Part shown: piece after piece, positions 37,774 to 49,317 of the stretch
How positions within the stretch are numbered: position 1 is the first letter of the stretch
Layout: every line of letters begins with the position of its first letter
Assembly (NCBI RefSeq): GCF_036802865.1
Contig: NZ_DAIRVK010000001.1
Location: forward strand, 667,341 to 731,340
DNA: 64,000 nucleotides
Direction of reading: 5' to 3'
Source: Sulfurospirillum sp.
GTDB taxonomy: Bacteria > Campylobacterota > Campylobacteria > Campylobacterales > Sulfurospirillaceae
Made by a program: the position numbers and the translations under genes
The notes under the pieces: model-generated
Told to the model about the DNA's origin: nothing
What the model saw: the letters and a program-made list of their open reading frames with translations, nothing else
Databases searched by the model: none

Positions 37774-38757
37774 ATGGAATTTACATGTAAAGAGTCAAAA
37801 AGGCTGGATGCTGCCATGAGTGAAGCTCTGGAATTACCACGCAATCAAGTCGAAAAGCTCATTAAAAATGTAGGTGTGTATGTGGATGGCAAGCTGACGA
37901 ACAAGTCCAGTTTAAAGCTGGTGGAAGGAAATGTTGTTCGCTATGAATTTGTTGAAGCTGAGCAAAATCCAAGCCAGTATGAAGTCACTTTTGATGTGCC
38001 TATTTTATATGAAGATGATGATCTTTTGGTCATCAATAAACCTCCTTTTTTAACGGTACATGGCGCTCCAAGTGTCAAAGAAGCTACGTTGGTTGATTGG
38101 CTTCACTTCAAGGGCATCAATCTTTCCACCATAAGCGGAGAAGAGAGACATGGCATTGTGCATCGTATCGATAAAGAGACGAGTGGGGCGCTGGTCATCG
38201 CTAAAAACAATGAGGCACATTTAAGCCTTTCGTCGCAATTGGAAGACAAAAGTATGGGAAGATACTATCTTGCGATGATTGATGTGCCACTTAAAGATAA
38301 TATCGTTGTTGAGTTACCTATTGGAAGAAGCCCCAATAATCGCCTGAAAATGGATGTAGTAAAACGCGATGGACGCATAGCCAAAAGTGCATTTTCCAAA
38401 CTTTTGATTTCACGTGATGGTAAAAAAGAGTTGATTGCCGCAAAACTTTTTACAGGACGGACACATCAAATTAGAGTCCATTTAAGCGCCCTTTCTCGCC
38501 ACATCTTGGGGGATGGTTTATACGGCTTTAAGAGCCAAAATGGTACAATACCAAGAGTTATGTTACATGCATATATTTTGTATCTAAAGCATCCAAGAAC
38601 AGGGCAGTTATTGCAAATACATGCTCCATTGTGGGATGATTTTGATACGTATTTAACACACCATTTCAGTAAGGAAGAGGTACATGAAAAAATTACTTTG
38701 GATAGTATCATTGATGGCTTTAAGCTTAATGATCACTGGATGCGAAAAGACGCTTGA
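37774..38757 (+). CDS. rluD: 23S rRNA pseudouridine synthase, RluA/RluD family
   Basis: 327 aa. It has an S4-like N-terminus (KRLDAAMSEAL), the catalytic HRIDKETSGALV motif, and GRTHQIRVH. Confidence 0.9.
   Translation: MEFTCKESKRLDAAMSEALELPRNQVEKLIKNVGVYVDGKLTNKSSLKLVEGNVVRYEFVEAEQNPSQYEVTFDVPILYEDDDLLVINKPPFLTVHGAPSVKEATLVDWLHFKGINLSTISGEERHGIVHRIDKETSGALVIAKNNEAHLSLSSQLEDKSMGRYYLAMIDVPLKDNIVVELPIGRSPNNRLKMDVVKRDGRIAKSAFSKLLISRDGKKELIAAKLFTGRTHQIRVHLSALSRHILGDGLYGFKSQNGTIPRVMLHAYILYLKHPRTGQLLQIHAPLWDDFDTYLTHHFSKEEVHEKITLDSIIDGFKLNDHWMRKDA
37780..37791. repeat. TTTACATGTAAA copy inside the first codons of rluD
   Basis: Read directly; it encodes F-T-C-K. Confidence 0.8.
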
Positions 38758-39946
38758 AACACCAAAAGAGCCAATTGTTGATGCTTCTTTGCCTCGAATA
38801 GAAGGTATTCGCATACTTGCAGGTGCCACAGAAGTTGGTTTTGAGTGGACGCCTATTTACAGTGCTCAAATTGAAGGGTATTATCTGTACCGCCAAAGTG
38901 GCAATAGTATGAAAAAAATTGCCACCATTAAAGACAGGTATATCTCGCATTATGTGGATACCGAGTTAAAACCCAATACCACTTACTCGTATCAAATGAG
39001 TACGTATTCAGCCGATAAACATGAATCAGGGTTAAGTATGGTGGCAACTGCAACGACAACAGCTCCTGTTGCTAAAACTGCAACACTAGGTTCCGTTGAC
39101 TCTGTGTCGTTTATCAATGCAATTTCAGATCTTCCTGCTCGCATTAAAATTATTTGGCGACCGCATTCACTTGAAAATGTAGAGTATTATATTATTGAAC
39201 GTAATGAGTATAAATCAACTTCATGGGATGAAGTTGGTAAAGTCAAAGGCAGATTGAATGCCGAATATATCGATCAAGATATTAAAGATAACTATGCGTA
39301 TCGTTACCGCATTAAAGTTAAAACTTCTGATGGTGTTGTCTCAAAACCGAGTGACATGGTCGAAGCACATTCAAAGCCGCTTCCTAGAGGCATTACTGGA
39401 GTTAAAGCTACTTCAGATTTACCTAAAAAAATTCTTTTGACGTGGAATGCTTCTACAACAAGTGATTTCGCTTATTATAAAGTTTATCGTTCTCCAACAT
39501 CCAGTCTGTTCTACAGTTTTTACGGTAAAACTGTTAACACAGAGTTTGAAGATTTAATTAATGATAATGGCAAAACGTATTATTATCGCGTTGTCGCCGT
39601 TGATGTGGATGGTCTTGAATCTAAACAAGAGGGAACGGTTACGGGAATGACACTCTCAGCACTTGGTTCCCCTATTGTTAGTGCTGTTAAGCACGATGGT
39701 AGCTCCATTTCTATTTCATGGGGTGGGGATGAGAATGCAGTTAAGTATACCATTACCAAAGAGTTTGAAATGGCGGGTAAAACACAAAAACAGAGTTTTA
39801 CAGGTATTTTTGAAAGTAATTTTATCGACCAAGATACGCTCCCTGGTGTCGAATATAAATATCATATTATTGCGATTGATAAATACGGTATTGCTTCTAG
39901 TCCTTCTGATAGTGTTGTTATCAAGATTCCAAAGGAATTAAAGTAA
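38684..39946 (+). CDS. Lipoprotein with repeated fibronectin type III-like domains
   Basis: 420 aa with a lipobox LMITGC. Four repeats of ~90 aa carry the W...Y.(V/I)YR ... Y.Y.(V/I).A(V/I)D pattern. The ORF overlaps the rluD ORF by 74 nt. Confidence 0.75.
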   Translation: MKKLLWIVSLMALSLMITGCEKTLETPKEPIVDASLPRIEGIRILAGATEVGFEWTPIYSAQIEGYYLYRQSGNSMKKIATIKDRYISHYVDTELKPNTTYSYQMSTYSADKHESGLSMVATATTTAPVAKTATLGSVDSVSFINAISDLPARIKIIWRPHSLENVEYYIIERNEYKSTSWDEVGKVKGRLNAEYIDQDIKDNYAYRYRIKVKTSDGVVSKPSDMVEAHSKPLPRGITGVKATSDLPKKILLTWNASTTSDFAYYKVYRSPTSSLFYSFYGKTVNTEFEDLINDNGKTYYYRVVAVDVDGLESKQEGTVTGMTLSALGSPIVSAVKHDGSSISISWGGDENAVKYTITKEFEMAGKTQKQSFTGIFESNFIDQDTLPGVEYKYHIIAIDKYGIASSPSDSVVIKIPKELK

Positions 39947-39949
39947 TTT

Positions 39950-41128
39950 ATGCCAAATTTTCATACGCAGACATTAAAACCTTTATGTTACCCTTGTACG
40001 TATAAAGAGACCACTTTTAGTTACGAAGCGCATTCAAAAAGAGGCAATAAACTGGTGATGGCTTCTACGGCAGGGGAGCAACTCCTCATTCGTATTCACC
40101 AAAAAGAAGATGGTGGATTTCTCGTCAAGGGTGACAAAGTCACACGCCCAACGCAAGCCTCTTTTTTACAAAAAATCTTAATGGATTTTCGCGATGTAAG
40201 CGAAGCCGTAGAGATATTCTCTAATATTGAGCCTAAAAAGTTTTTAGAAGTAAAACATTCACCTTACCTAAAAGAGATAGAATTTTTTGCAACTCATTTT
40301 GATGTGGATCGTGAAATCTGGATAGAGATTGGCTTTGGAAGTGGACGACATCTTCTGCATCAAGCAAAGAAAAATCCTCACATACAATTCATTGGACTTG
40401 AAATTCACAAGCCTTCGATTGAGCAAGTTTTAAAGCAATGTGAGCTTCAGAACATTGAAAATATTCTCGTAGTTGACTACGATGCACGCCTTTTTATGGA
40501 GTTCTTACCGTCCACTGTTGTGGGACGTATTTTTGTGCATTTTCCCGTTCCGTGGGATAAAAAACCACATCGTCGTGTTTTTTCGGCTGCTTTCATTGAA
40601 GAAGCATTACGTGTTTTACATGTAAAAGGAACATTAGAACTTCGAACAGATAGCCCGCTTTATTTTGAGTTCTCTTTTGCTCAAATGATGCATCTTGCTC
40701 GTGCCGATGTCCATGTGAAAAAAAATGCCGAGCTAGAGATAACCAGTAAGTATGAAGACCGCTGGCGTAAAATGGAAAAAGACATTTATGATGTCATTTT
40801 AACCAATGAAATTGCAGCAGATCCTATCCCAAAACTCGGAACATTGCATTTTGATGAATTGGTCGATTTTAAAAAAATTCGCGATACCTTTAAAGATGAC
40901 CTTTTGCGAGGAGAGGGCTTTTTTGTCCATTTTGAAGAGTTGTTTGAAATTGATGATAATAATGGTCTCATTCGCCTCTCGTTTGGCGCAAATGAACGTA
41001 ATGAAAAGTGTTATATACAAATTCATGAGGGGAAAGTTTCCTACCTTCCTGAGACAATTTTAGCGACTAAAAACAATAGTGCAGCTCATACCTTAATCAA
41101 AGAGTGGTTTCATGGAATATGTGATTAA
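39950..41128 (+). CDS. trmB: tRNA (guanine46-N7)-methyltransferase with N- and C-terminal extensions
   Basis: 392 aa. The core IEIGFGSGRHLLHQAKKNPHIQFIGLEIH ... FPVPWDKKPHRRV matches TrmB. At 392 aa it is long, as I recall for Helicobacter orthologues. Confidence 0.85.
   Translation: MPNFHTQTLKPLCYPCTYKETTFSYEAHSKRGNKLVMASTAGEQLLIRIHQKEDGGFLVKGDKVTRPTQASFLQKILMDFRDVSEAVEIFSNIEPKKFLEVKHSPYLKEIEFFATHFDVDREIWIEIGFGSGRHLLHQAKKNPHIQFIGLEIHKPSIEQVLKQCELQNIENILVVDYDARLFMEFLPSTVVGRIFVHFPVPWDKKPHRRVFSAAFIEEALRVLHVKGTLELRTDSPLYFEFSFAQMMHLARADVHVKKNAELEITSKYEDRWRKMEKDIYDVILTNEIAADPIPKLGTLHFDELVDFKKIRDTFKDDLLRGEGFFVHFEELFEIDDNNGLIRLSFGANERNEKCYIQIHEGKVSYLPETILATKNNSAAHTLIKEWFHGICD
40614..40627. repeat. 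TTTTACATGTAAAA copy inside trmB
   Basis: Read directly; it encodes V-L-H-V-K. Confidence 0.8.
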
Positions 41129-41783
41129 AGCCACGGGCTTAAATATTAGCTATGGCAGAGACGAGCCAATTATTACCGATGCGAGTATGCAGATTAAAGC
41201 GCAAGAATTTGTCTTTATAACAGGAAAAAGTGGTAGTGGCAAATCAACCATTATTAAATCACTCTACGGCGAGCTTTTCCCCAATCGTGGAGATCTTAAC
41301 GTCTGTGGGATTGATTTTAAAAATATCAGTAGCTCTAAACTGAATCTTTTAAGACGTTATTTAGGGGTGGTTTTTCAAGACTATAAACTGATTGATGAGT
41401 GGACAGTAGAGCAAAATGTCATGTTGCCTCTTATTATTGGTGGGTTTTCAAAAAGTGTTTGTATTAAACAAGCGCACAAACTCTTAAAACATGTCAAATT
41501 GTTGCACAAAATCAATAAATATCCGTACGAACTCAGTGGTGGTGAACAACAAAGAGTTGCCATGGCAAGGGCATTAGCACATAATCCTGTGCTGATTTTA
41601 GCCGATGAGCCTACGGGGAACTTGGACAGCTATTCCAGTGAAGTCATTTGGAATTTACTTAAGGGTGCAAAAGAGCATTTGGGTACAACCGTGTTGGTTG
41701 TAACGCACAATATTCCCTCAACATTAGGGATTGATTATAAACACTATTTCCTAGAAGGTGGCATATTGCATGAGGTCAGTTAA
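41112..41783 (+). CDS. ftsE: Cell-division ABC ATPase FtsE
   Basis: 223 aa. Walker A is GKSGSGKST, the signature is LSGGEQQRVAMARAL, and Walker B is ILADEPTGNLD. Confidence 0.9.
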   Translation: MEYVIKATGLNISYGRDEPIITDASMQIKAQEFVFITGKSGSGKSTIIKSLYGELFPNRGDLNVCGIDFKNISSSKLNLLRRYLGVVFQDYKLIDEWTVEQNVMLPLIIGGFSKSVCIKQAHKLLKHVKLLHKINKYPYELSGGEQQRVAMARALAHNPVLILADEPTGNLDSYSSEVIWNLLKGAKEHLGTTVLVVTHNIPSTLGIDYKHYFLEGGILHEVS

Positions 41784-42579
41784 TAGCCATTTTTCAATTA
41801 TGATCTCTGTTTTTGTTCTGCTTTTTTCATTTCAATTTACGAATGTGATTAAGAGTATCGTGAACGATTATGCGACAAAAATTGTTAATGATTATGCCAT
41901 TGTTATTGTCTCTTCTGCAGAACTCAAAGAAGATGAACTCAGAAAACAGATTCCTGAAATTGAAAGCTTATCTGAAATTAGCAGTAAAAAGATTTTAGAT
42001 CGTCTCAAAAATGATATGTCCTCTAAAAATCTATCTCTTCTACAAGTGGCACTTCCTAAGTTTTACTCTTTAAAACTAGAGTCCATACCCAATAAAAAAA
42101 GAATTGAAGCCATTAAACAAAAGCTTATGGGAATTAACACGATAACGCGTATTGAAACGTTCGCCAAAACACATGAGAAGATGTTTAAGATGTTACAGCT
42201 TCTTCAAGCAATGGTCTATATTTTTGCCTTTTTTGTAGCCTTTGTTTCGATTCTTCTTATTTTTAAGCAGATTCGTATTTGGACGTATGAGCACAGTCGT
42301 AGAATGTCTATTATGACGCTCTTTGGGGCCTCCTTTTTTATGAAAAGTGCCATGTTATATCGTATGACTTTGGTGGATTCATTGGTGAGTTCAATTCTTG
42401 TGTGTGCCCTTTATACGGTTGCTCCTAGATTAGCCATTGTCAAAGATTTTGCTGCTGAACTTGATATTATGGTTCCAGAATTTGATCTTCTTTATCAAGG
42501 TGGTACACTCATTGGTGCTTCAATTCTTTTTGCATTGGTCTCTGTCACAATTGTTTCTCGTAAAATTGGACGTGTATGA
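41758..42579 (+). CDS. ftsX: FtsX-like permease
   Basis: 273 aa. It has TM1, a periplasmic loop and three C-terminal TM helices, and it sits immediately after ftsE with overlapping ends. Confidence 0.78.
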   Translation: MAYCMRSVNSHFSIMISVFVLLFSFQFTNVIKSIVNDYATKIVNDYAIVIVSSAELKEDELRKQIPEIESLSEISSKKILDRLKNDMSSKNLSLLQVALPKFYSLKLESIPNKKRIEAIKQKLMGINTITRIETFAKTHEKMFKMLQLLQAMVYIFAFFVAFVSILLIFKQIRIWTYEHSRRMSIMTLFGASFFMKSAMLYRMTLVDSLVSSILVCALYTVAPRLAIVKDFAAELDIMVPEFDLLYQGGTLIGASILFALVSVTIVSRKIGRV

Positions 42580-43805
42580 AACCATGGTTTTTAGGTGTGG
42601 TCTTATGGATGCCATTGGTGGTAGTCGCTGCACCCAATACAACGCAAAAGATTGATGAAAAAGCAAAAACACTCCAAGAAAAGCTTCAAACTGAAAAACA
42701 AATTCATGGAAAATTACAAGATATTGCCAATGACATTGTAAATGAAGAGAAAGACATTGAAAAGATCAAAGATAAGATCGAAGATCTCGGTCGCAATATC
42801 AATGAATCACAAGAAACAGTATCGCGTAAAAATGAATACCTCGATAAATTGACCAAAGATACCCAACAGCTCTCTTCTCAAAAGAAAGATTTAGAGCAAA
42901 AAATCATTAAAATAATTGCAGAGGATTTTTCATTTTATTTGGTCTCCGATAGCGATTATTTGGATAATGAAGATGGTATTTTAGTGGATGAAGTGCTCCA
43001 AAAGATGGACACAATTATGCGTAAAGAGTTTGGAAAACTTTCATCAGATTATAAACAAATCAACGACCAAATTTATTCTCAAAGCCAAGAAATTAAAAAT
43101 ATACATGGTGAAATTCAAAGTGCTAAAAGTAAAAAAGATGAATTACTTGCACTAGAAAAAAAGAGGGAGAGTTCCGTTTTATCGCTCAATGCAAAAAAAG
43201 AGGGGTATAAAAAACAGTTAGACGATATACAAAAAGAGCGTGATGAAATTCGTACAACCCTAGAACAGCTCAAAATTATTAAAGTACAAGAAGAGAGTAA
43301 AATCTTAGCAGAAAAAAATGCAGCTTCTAAAAGAGAAAAAGGACCTTCCACTGTGGGTGGTGGGGATAATAGCATTCGACAAATTGGCTCTTCTTATCAA
43401 AATAGTAATGTTAAAAAATATGTTGGGGAGCGTACGATTGCACCATTGGATGGCTATAGTATCAAACGTAAATTTGGCGACTACGTTGATCCAATTTATA
43501 AGATTAAAATTTTCAATGAATCTGTTGTTTTAGCTTCATCAACGCCTGATGCTACCGTTAAAAGTGTTCTTAATGGTAAAGTCATTTTTGCAAAAGACAC
43601 TGCTTCAATGGAAAAAGTAGTGATTATTGAAAATAGTGATGAAATTCATACTATTTATGCACATCTCTCTAAAATTGCTCCAACCATTCAGGTAGGTCAA
43701 AAAATCAAAAAAGGATACGTCATTGGACGTGTCGACAATGATCTTACCTTTGAAGTAACCCAGAAGAATTTCCATATTGATCCACTTGATCTGATTGCAA
43801 AGTAA
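42576..43805 (+). CDS. Coiled-coil M23 (LytM) peptidase-domain protein, EnvC-like
   Basis: 409 aa. It has a signal peptide, a long K/E/Q-rich coiled coil and a C-terminal M23 fold (IHTIYAHLSKI...G..I..G..IG). Its start overlaps the ftsX stop as ATGA. Confidence 0.85.
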   Translation: MKPWFLGVVLWMPLVVVAAPNTTQKIDEKAKTLQEKLQTEKQIHGKLQDIANDIVNEEKDIEKIKDKIEDLGRNINESQETVSRKNEYLDKLTKDTQQLSSQKKDLEQKIIKIIAEDFSFYLVSDSDYLDNEDGILVDEVLQKMDTIMRKEFGKLSSDYKQINDQIYSQSQEIKNIHGEIQSAKSKKDELLALEKKRESSVLSLNAKKEGYKKQLDDIQKERDEIRTTLEQLKIIKVQEESKILAEKNAASKREKGPSTVGGGDNSIRQIGSSYQNSNVKKYVGERTIAPLDGYSIKRKFGDYVDPIYKIKIFNESVVLASSTPDATVKSVLNGKVIFAKDTASMEKVVIIENSDEIHTIYAHLSKIAPTIQVGQKIKKGYVIGRVDNDLTFEVTQKNFHIDPLDLIAK

Positions 43806-43822
43806 CTTTTTAGGTCTTTTAG

Positions 43823-44593
<771 letters not shown>

Positions 44594-44602
44594 GGAAAAA
44601 AA

Positions 44603-44818
44603 ATGGAAAGAACAGAACAAATTACAGCAAGAGCTTTATCTCTTGTCGGTCAAGATCGTTATAAATTAGTGATGCTTGTTTCAAAAAGAGCAGATCAATT
44701 ATCAAATGGTGCAGAGCCATTAATTAAAGCAGATAAAAATAAGCAAAAGTTTACAGACATTGCTCTTCTTGAAATTGCAGAAGGCAAAGTCAAATTAGAA
44801 TCTATTACTGACTTATAA
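44603..44818 (+). CDS. rpoZ: RNA polymerase omega subunit
   Basis: 71 aa. The segment DRYKLVMLVSKRADQL matches the RpoZ core, and the position upstream of spoT is conserved. Confidence 0.85.
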   Translation: MERTEQITARALSLVGQDRYKLVMLVSKRADQLSNGAEPLIKADKNKQKFTDIALLEIAEGKVKLESITDL

Positions 44819-44830
44819 GCAGCGTGACAC

Positions 44831-46987
44831 TTGGAAGAGTTAGTCGAAATTGTTAAAGAGTGTAAGCGCTCTGATAAAGCGGTTGAACTCTTATACAAAT
44901 ACATCAAGCCAACACCGAACGTTGAAAAAGCAGTTGCTTTTACGATAGCCAAACATCAAGGGCAGTATCGTAAAAGCGGTGAAGAGTACGTTATTCATCC
45001 TATCTTAGTGTGCGTTTTTGTAGCATACTTAGGTGGTGATGAGTCGATGATTGTCGCGGGCTTATTGCACGACGTCGTCGAAGATACTTCGTGTTCTACG
45101 GAAGAAATCAAAGCAATGTTTGGTGAAGAAGTAGGGCATCTTGTTGATGGCTTAACGAAGATTGTCGAAATACGAGATGTTGAGCTTATTCCGTCCTCTT
45201 CCAATGACAAACTGGTTGCTTCAGCACTTACATTCCGTAAAATGCTCATTGCTTCCATTCGCGATGTACGTGTTTTAGTAGTCAAGCTGTGTGATCGTCT
45301 CCACAATATGCTTACCCTTGCTGCACTTGACCCTGTAAAACAGCGACGTATTGCCGAAGAAACCTTAGTTGTTTATGCCCCTATCGCCCATCGTTTGGGT
45401 ATTTCTTCCATTAAAAATCTTTTAGAAGATTTTAGTTTTTACTATGTGATGCCAAATGAGTACGCTAAAATTGATGGCTATATCACAGAGCATGGTCAAC
45501 AACTTCAACTTCGTCTCAACCATTTTATCTCTAAAATCAAAAACCATATGCTGAAAGAAGGGTTTATTGAGAGTGATTTTACGATCCAAAAACGCGTTAA
45601 ACACTATTACTCAATTTATCTTAAAATGCAACGTAAAGGTGTGACCATTGAAGAGGTATTGGATCTTTTAGCCATTCGTATTATTGTGCGAACACCTATT
45701 GATTGTTACCGTGCTTTGGGTATTGTCCACCAACATTTTAAGCCTTTAATTTCACGTTTTAAAGATTATATTGCGATTCCAAAAGAGAATGGTTATCAGA
45801 CGATTCATACAACTGTTTTTGACGATAAATCCATTGTTGAGTCACAAATCAGAACGTATGATATGAACAAAACAGCTGAATATGGTGTTGCAGCTCACTG
45901 GAAATATAAATCAGGGGGGCTCAATCCTAAACTTGATTGGCTCAATGACCTCAATACTCAAAATGAAGAAATTGAAAATATTGAAGATTTCTATGCGATA
46001 GCAAAAGATAATCTCTACAGCGAAGATATTGCCGTTTTTTCACCTAAAGGTGATATTTTTACGCTTCCTCGCGGTGCCACAGTCCTTGATTTTGCGTATG
46101 AAGTACATACGGAAGTTGGCACATACGCCGATGAAGCTTATGTCAACAAACAAAAAGTGCCACTGTTGAGTGAGCTTAAAAATGGTGACATTGTTCGTAT
46201 TGTCACATCCAAAGAGCCAAAATACAGATGTAGTTGGGTTAATAGTGTTAAAACAGGTAAAGCAAAAAGCACTATTCAAGCGAATTGTCGTCAGAAAATT
46301 AAAGAAGTTAACCACAAAGTTGCTATTAAAATTCTAGCACATGCGTTTGGTGTGGCTGAAAATAAAGTTGAAGCATGGGTTGAACAAGAACATGCGATGA
46401 AAAAGATCTTTAGAATCGCCACAGATTCGATCTATTTGCAAGATGTTTCCAATACATTAAAACTCTATGCTATGCAAGACACGTTACTTTTTCCATTGCT
46501 TAAAAAAGATCGTTATCACATCAAAAAACAGAAGTTTGAAAATATCGTTATTTATTCAAATCATCATATCTCCAATGTCTATTTTGACTACTGCTGTCAT
46601 CCTAAACGGGGCGATGATATTGTTGGATTTAAAAAAGGTAATGATGTGTTTGTACATCACAAACTCTGTGAGCGCGCTGCTGTATTAATGGAAGAGAATG
46701 AGCCTATGATTTTTGTAAAATGGACGAAAGAAGCTCCAGATCGTTACAAACTCATTGTCAGTATTGAGAATAAAAAAGGCTCTTTAGCCTCATTTTTAGC
46801 TTATTTGGCTAAAATGCAGATCAATCTGGTGACCATAGAGCTTGGAAAAGCCGAAGATGAGGGACATGCAGATTATTTTGAGATGATTTTAGAATTGCCT
46901 GACAAGAATGTTAGCGCAGTACGTGAAAACCTCAAAGGACGTTATCGTGTGATTGAATTTGTTTCGGCAAATGACGCTTATAAATAA
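44831..46987 (+). CDS. spoT: Bifunctional (p)ppGpp synthetase/hydrolase
   Basis: 718 aa with a TTG start. It has an HD domain (HPILV ... LLHDVVEDT), a synthetase domain (YSIYLKMQRK, DLLAIRIIV, YQTIHT), and TGS and ACT regions. Confidence 0.95.
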   Translation: MEELVEIVKECKRSDKAVELLYKYIKPTPNVEKAVAFTIAKHQGQYRKSGEEYVIHPILVCVFVAYLGGDESMIVAGLLHDVVEDTSCSTEEIKAMFGEEVGHLVDGLTKIVEIRDVELIPSSSNDKLVASALTFRKMLIASIRDVRVLVVKLCDRLHNMLTLAALDPVKQRRIAEETLVVYAPIAHRLGISSIKNLLEDFSFYYVMPNEYAKIDGYITEHGQQLQLRLNHFISKIKNHMLKEGFIESDFTIQKRVKHYYSIYLKMQRKGVTIEEVLDLLAIRIIVRTPIDCYRALGIVHQHFKPLISRFKDYIAIPKENGYQTIHTTVFDDKSIVESQIRTYDMNKTAEYGVAAHWKYKSGGLNPKLDWLNDLNTQNEEIENIEDFYAIAKDNLYSEDIAVFSPKGDIFTLPRGATVLDFAYEVHTEVGTYADEAYVNKQKVPLLSELKNGDIVRIVTSKEPKYRCSWVNSVKTGKAKSTIQANCRQKIKEVNHKVAIKILAHAFGVAENKVEAWVEQEHAMKKIFRIATDSIYLQDVSNTLKLYAMQDTLLFPLLKKDRYHIKKQKFENIVIYSNHHISNVYFDYCCHPKRGDDIVGFKKGNDVFVHHKLCERAAVLMEENEPMIFVKWTKEAPDRYKLIVSIENKKGSLASFLAYLAKMQINLVTIELGKAEDEGHADYFEMILELPDKNVSAVRENLKGRYRVIEFVSANDAYK

Positions 46988-47008
46988 TCGAAGAAGGAAA
47001 TAAGAGAT

Positions 47009-48220
47009 ATGGATATGCGGATTCAAAATGCGCTTAAAGAGATCAAAAGAGGCATTAGTGAGATTATTGATGAAGAGCGTATTGTTACATTATTGAAAAA
47101 TTATTTTGAGAAGGGTGAAACTTTTTTAGTTAAAGCAGGCTTTGATCCAACGGCTCCAGATCTTCACTTGGGACACACTGTTTTACTTCAAAAAATGGCA
47201 CTACTTCAAAAATTTGGTGCGGTTGTACAGTTCCTTATAGGTGATTTTACAGGCATGATTGGTGATCCAACCGGTAAAAATGAGACACGTAAAAAATTAA
47301 CACGTGAAGTAGTTTTAGCCAATGCTCAAAGCTATAAAGAGCAAGTTTTTAAAATTTTAGATCCAGCAAAAACAGTTGTAATGTTTAACTCCGAATGGTT
47401 AAATGCACTTGGTGCAAGTGGCTTAATTGAACTTACAACGACTTTTAGTGTCGCTCGAATGCTAGAACGTGAAGATTTTGAGAAGCGATACAAGTCTCAA
47501 ATGCCTATTTCAATCAGTGAATTTTTATATCCATTGCTTCAAGGTTATGACAGTGTAGCAATGAAAAGTGACATCGAAATGGGTGGGACTGATCAAAAGT
47601 TTAACCTTTTAATGGGTCGTCATATGCAACGTACGTATAACATCGGCAAAGAGCAAGCGGTCATTATGATGCCTTTGCTTGAAGGCTTAGATGGTGTCAA
47701 TAAAATGAGTAAATCACTTGGTAATTATATTGGTGTTACGGATATACCTTCAGAAATGTTTGGCAAGATGCTTAGCATTTCAGATGAATTGATGTGGCGT
47801 TATTATGAGCTTTTAAGCACAAAATCACTTGAAGAGATTGCTGTACTTAAAAAAGATGTTGAAGTGGGTAGTTTGCATCCAAAACACGCTAAAGAGACGA
47901 TTGCTTTAGAAATTATTGAACGATACCATAGTAAAGCTGAGGCACTTGAAGCCAAAGCCGAATTTGACCGTGTACATTCGCAAAATGAGATTCCAACAGA
48001 TATTGAAACCTTTATATCGAATGAATCACCCATCTGGATTGCTAAAGCTTTGGTGGATTGTGGATTAGAATCATCCACTTCTCAAGCAAGACGTGATATT
48101 AAGCAAGGTGCTGTAAAACTTGATCAAGAAAAAGTGGACGATGAACAGCTACAACTTGAATGTGGAGAGTATATCCTCCAAGTAGGTAAGCGCAAATTTA
48201 TCAAGTTAAAGGTGCAATAA
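47009..48220 (+). CDS. tyrS: Tyrosyl-tRNA synthetase
   Basis: 403 aa. It has the HIGH-type motif DLHLGH, the KMSKS motif, and a C-terminal S4 domain. Confidence 0.97.
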   Translation: MDMRIQNALKEIKRGISEIIDEERIVTLLKNYFEKGETFLVKAGFDPTAPDLHLGHTVLLQKMALLQKFGAVVQFLIGDFTGMIGDPTGKNETRKKLTREVVLANAQSYKEQVFKILDPAKTVVMFNSEWLNALGASGLIELTTTFSVARMLEREDFEKRYKSQMPISISEFLYPLLQGYDSVAMKSDIEMGGTDQKFNLLMGRHMQRTYNIGKEQAVIMMPLLEGLDGVNKMSKSLGNYIGVTDIPSEMFGKMLSISDELMWRYYELLSTKSLEEIAVLKKDVEVGSLHPKHAKETIALEIIERYHSKAEALEAKAEFDRVHSQNEIPTDIETFISNESPIWIAKALVDCGLESSTSQARRDIKQGAVKLDQEKVDDEQLQLECGEYILQVGKRKFIKLKVQ

Positions 48221-49317
48221 TGTCATTTAATGCTCTTAAAATTGGCAAATACACAATTGAATATCCTATTGTTCAAGGTGGTATGGGACTTGGAATCAGC
48301 TGGGATAAACTTGCAGGAACCGTAAGTTTAGAAGGTGGTTTAGGTGTCATTAGTTCGGTTGGAACAGGCTATTATAACAATGCACACTTCAGTAAGAAAA
48401 CGATCAATACCCGTCCTTTTGAAACAGAAAATTTTTATTCTAAAGAAGCTTTAACAACTATTGTAGCAAACGCACGTAAGATTTGTGGCACAAAACCGTT
48501 AGCAATGAATATTTTGTATGCGATCAATGACTATGAACGTGTTATTAAAGACTCTTGTGAAGCAGGCGTTGATATTATTATTACAGGGGCTGGGCTACCT
48601 ACCAATATGCCAGAATTTACCGCAGATTATCCCGATGTGGCATTGGTGCCTATTGTTTCGTCAGCCAAAGCATTAAAAATCATTTGTAAACGTTGGACTC
48701 AGCGTTACAATCGTCTCCCTGATGCTATTGTGGTTGAAGGCCCACTGAGTGGCGGTCACCAAGGTTTTACCTATGAGCAATGTGCTATGGAAGAGTATCA
48801 ACTCGAAAATTTGATCGCACCTATTAAAGAAGAGATTAAAGTTTGGGGAGATTTTCCTCTTATTGCCGCAGGCGGTGTTTGGGATCGTTCAGATATCGAT
48901 AAAATGATGGCACTAGGTGCTGATGGTGTCCAAATGGGAACACGCTTTATTGGAACACATGAGTGTGATGCCGATGAGAATTTTAAAGAAGTTCTTCTCA
49001 AAGCACATAAAGAAGACATTCAACTTTTTAAATCACCTGTTGGTTACCCTGCACGTGGTGTTCGTACCAATCTTATTCAGATGGTTGAGAAAAGAGAAGG
49101 GCCTGCTATTCGTTGTATCAGTAACTGTGTAAGTCCATGCCATAGAGGTCAAGAGGCAAAAGCAGTAGGATATTGTATTGCGGATAGTTTGAGCGATGCA
49201 TATATGGGGAAAGTAGAGACAGGGCTCTTTTTTACAGGTGCAAACGGTTATAAACTTAACGAAATTATCAGTGTGAAAGAACTTATTGCAAAGTTGGTAC
49301 ATGGGGAAGCACATTAG
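48220..49317 (+). CDS. Nitronate monooxygenase / FabK-like FMN-dependent oxidoreductase
   Basis: 365 aa. It contains YPIVQGGMG, EGPLSGGH, AAGGV.D and GADGVQMGTRF. Confidence 0.85.
   Translation: MSFNALKIGKYTIEYPIVQGGMGLGISWDKLAGTVSLEGGLGVISSVGTGYYNNAHFSKKTINTRPFETENFYSKEALTTIVANARKICGTKPLAMNILYAINDYERVIKDSCEAGVDIIITGAGLPTNMPEFTADYPDVALVPIVSSAKALKIICKRWTQRYNRLPDAIVVEGPLSGGHQGFTYEQCAMEEYQLENLIAPIKEEIKVWGDFPLIAAGGVWDRSDIDKMMALGADGVQMGTRFIGTHECDADENFKEVLLKAHKEDIQLFKSPVGYPARGVRTNLIQMVEKREGPAIRCISNCVSPCHRGQEAKAVGYCIADSLSDAYMGKVETGLFFTGANGYKLNEIISVKELIAKLVHGEAH

Noticed and set aside
45914-45919. G6 homopolymer inside spoT
   Set aside because: It is too short for the poly-G contingency tracts of Campylobacterota as I recall them (about 8 or more), and it lies in an essential, in-frame gene (codons S-G-G-L).
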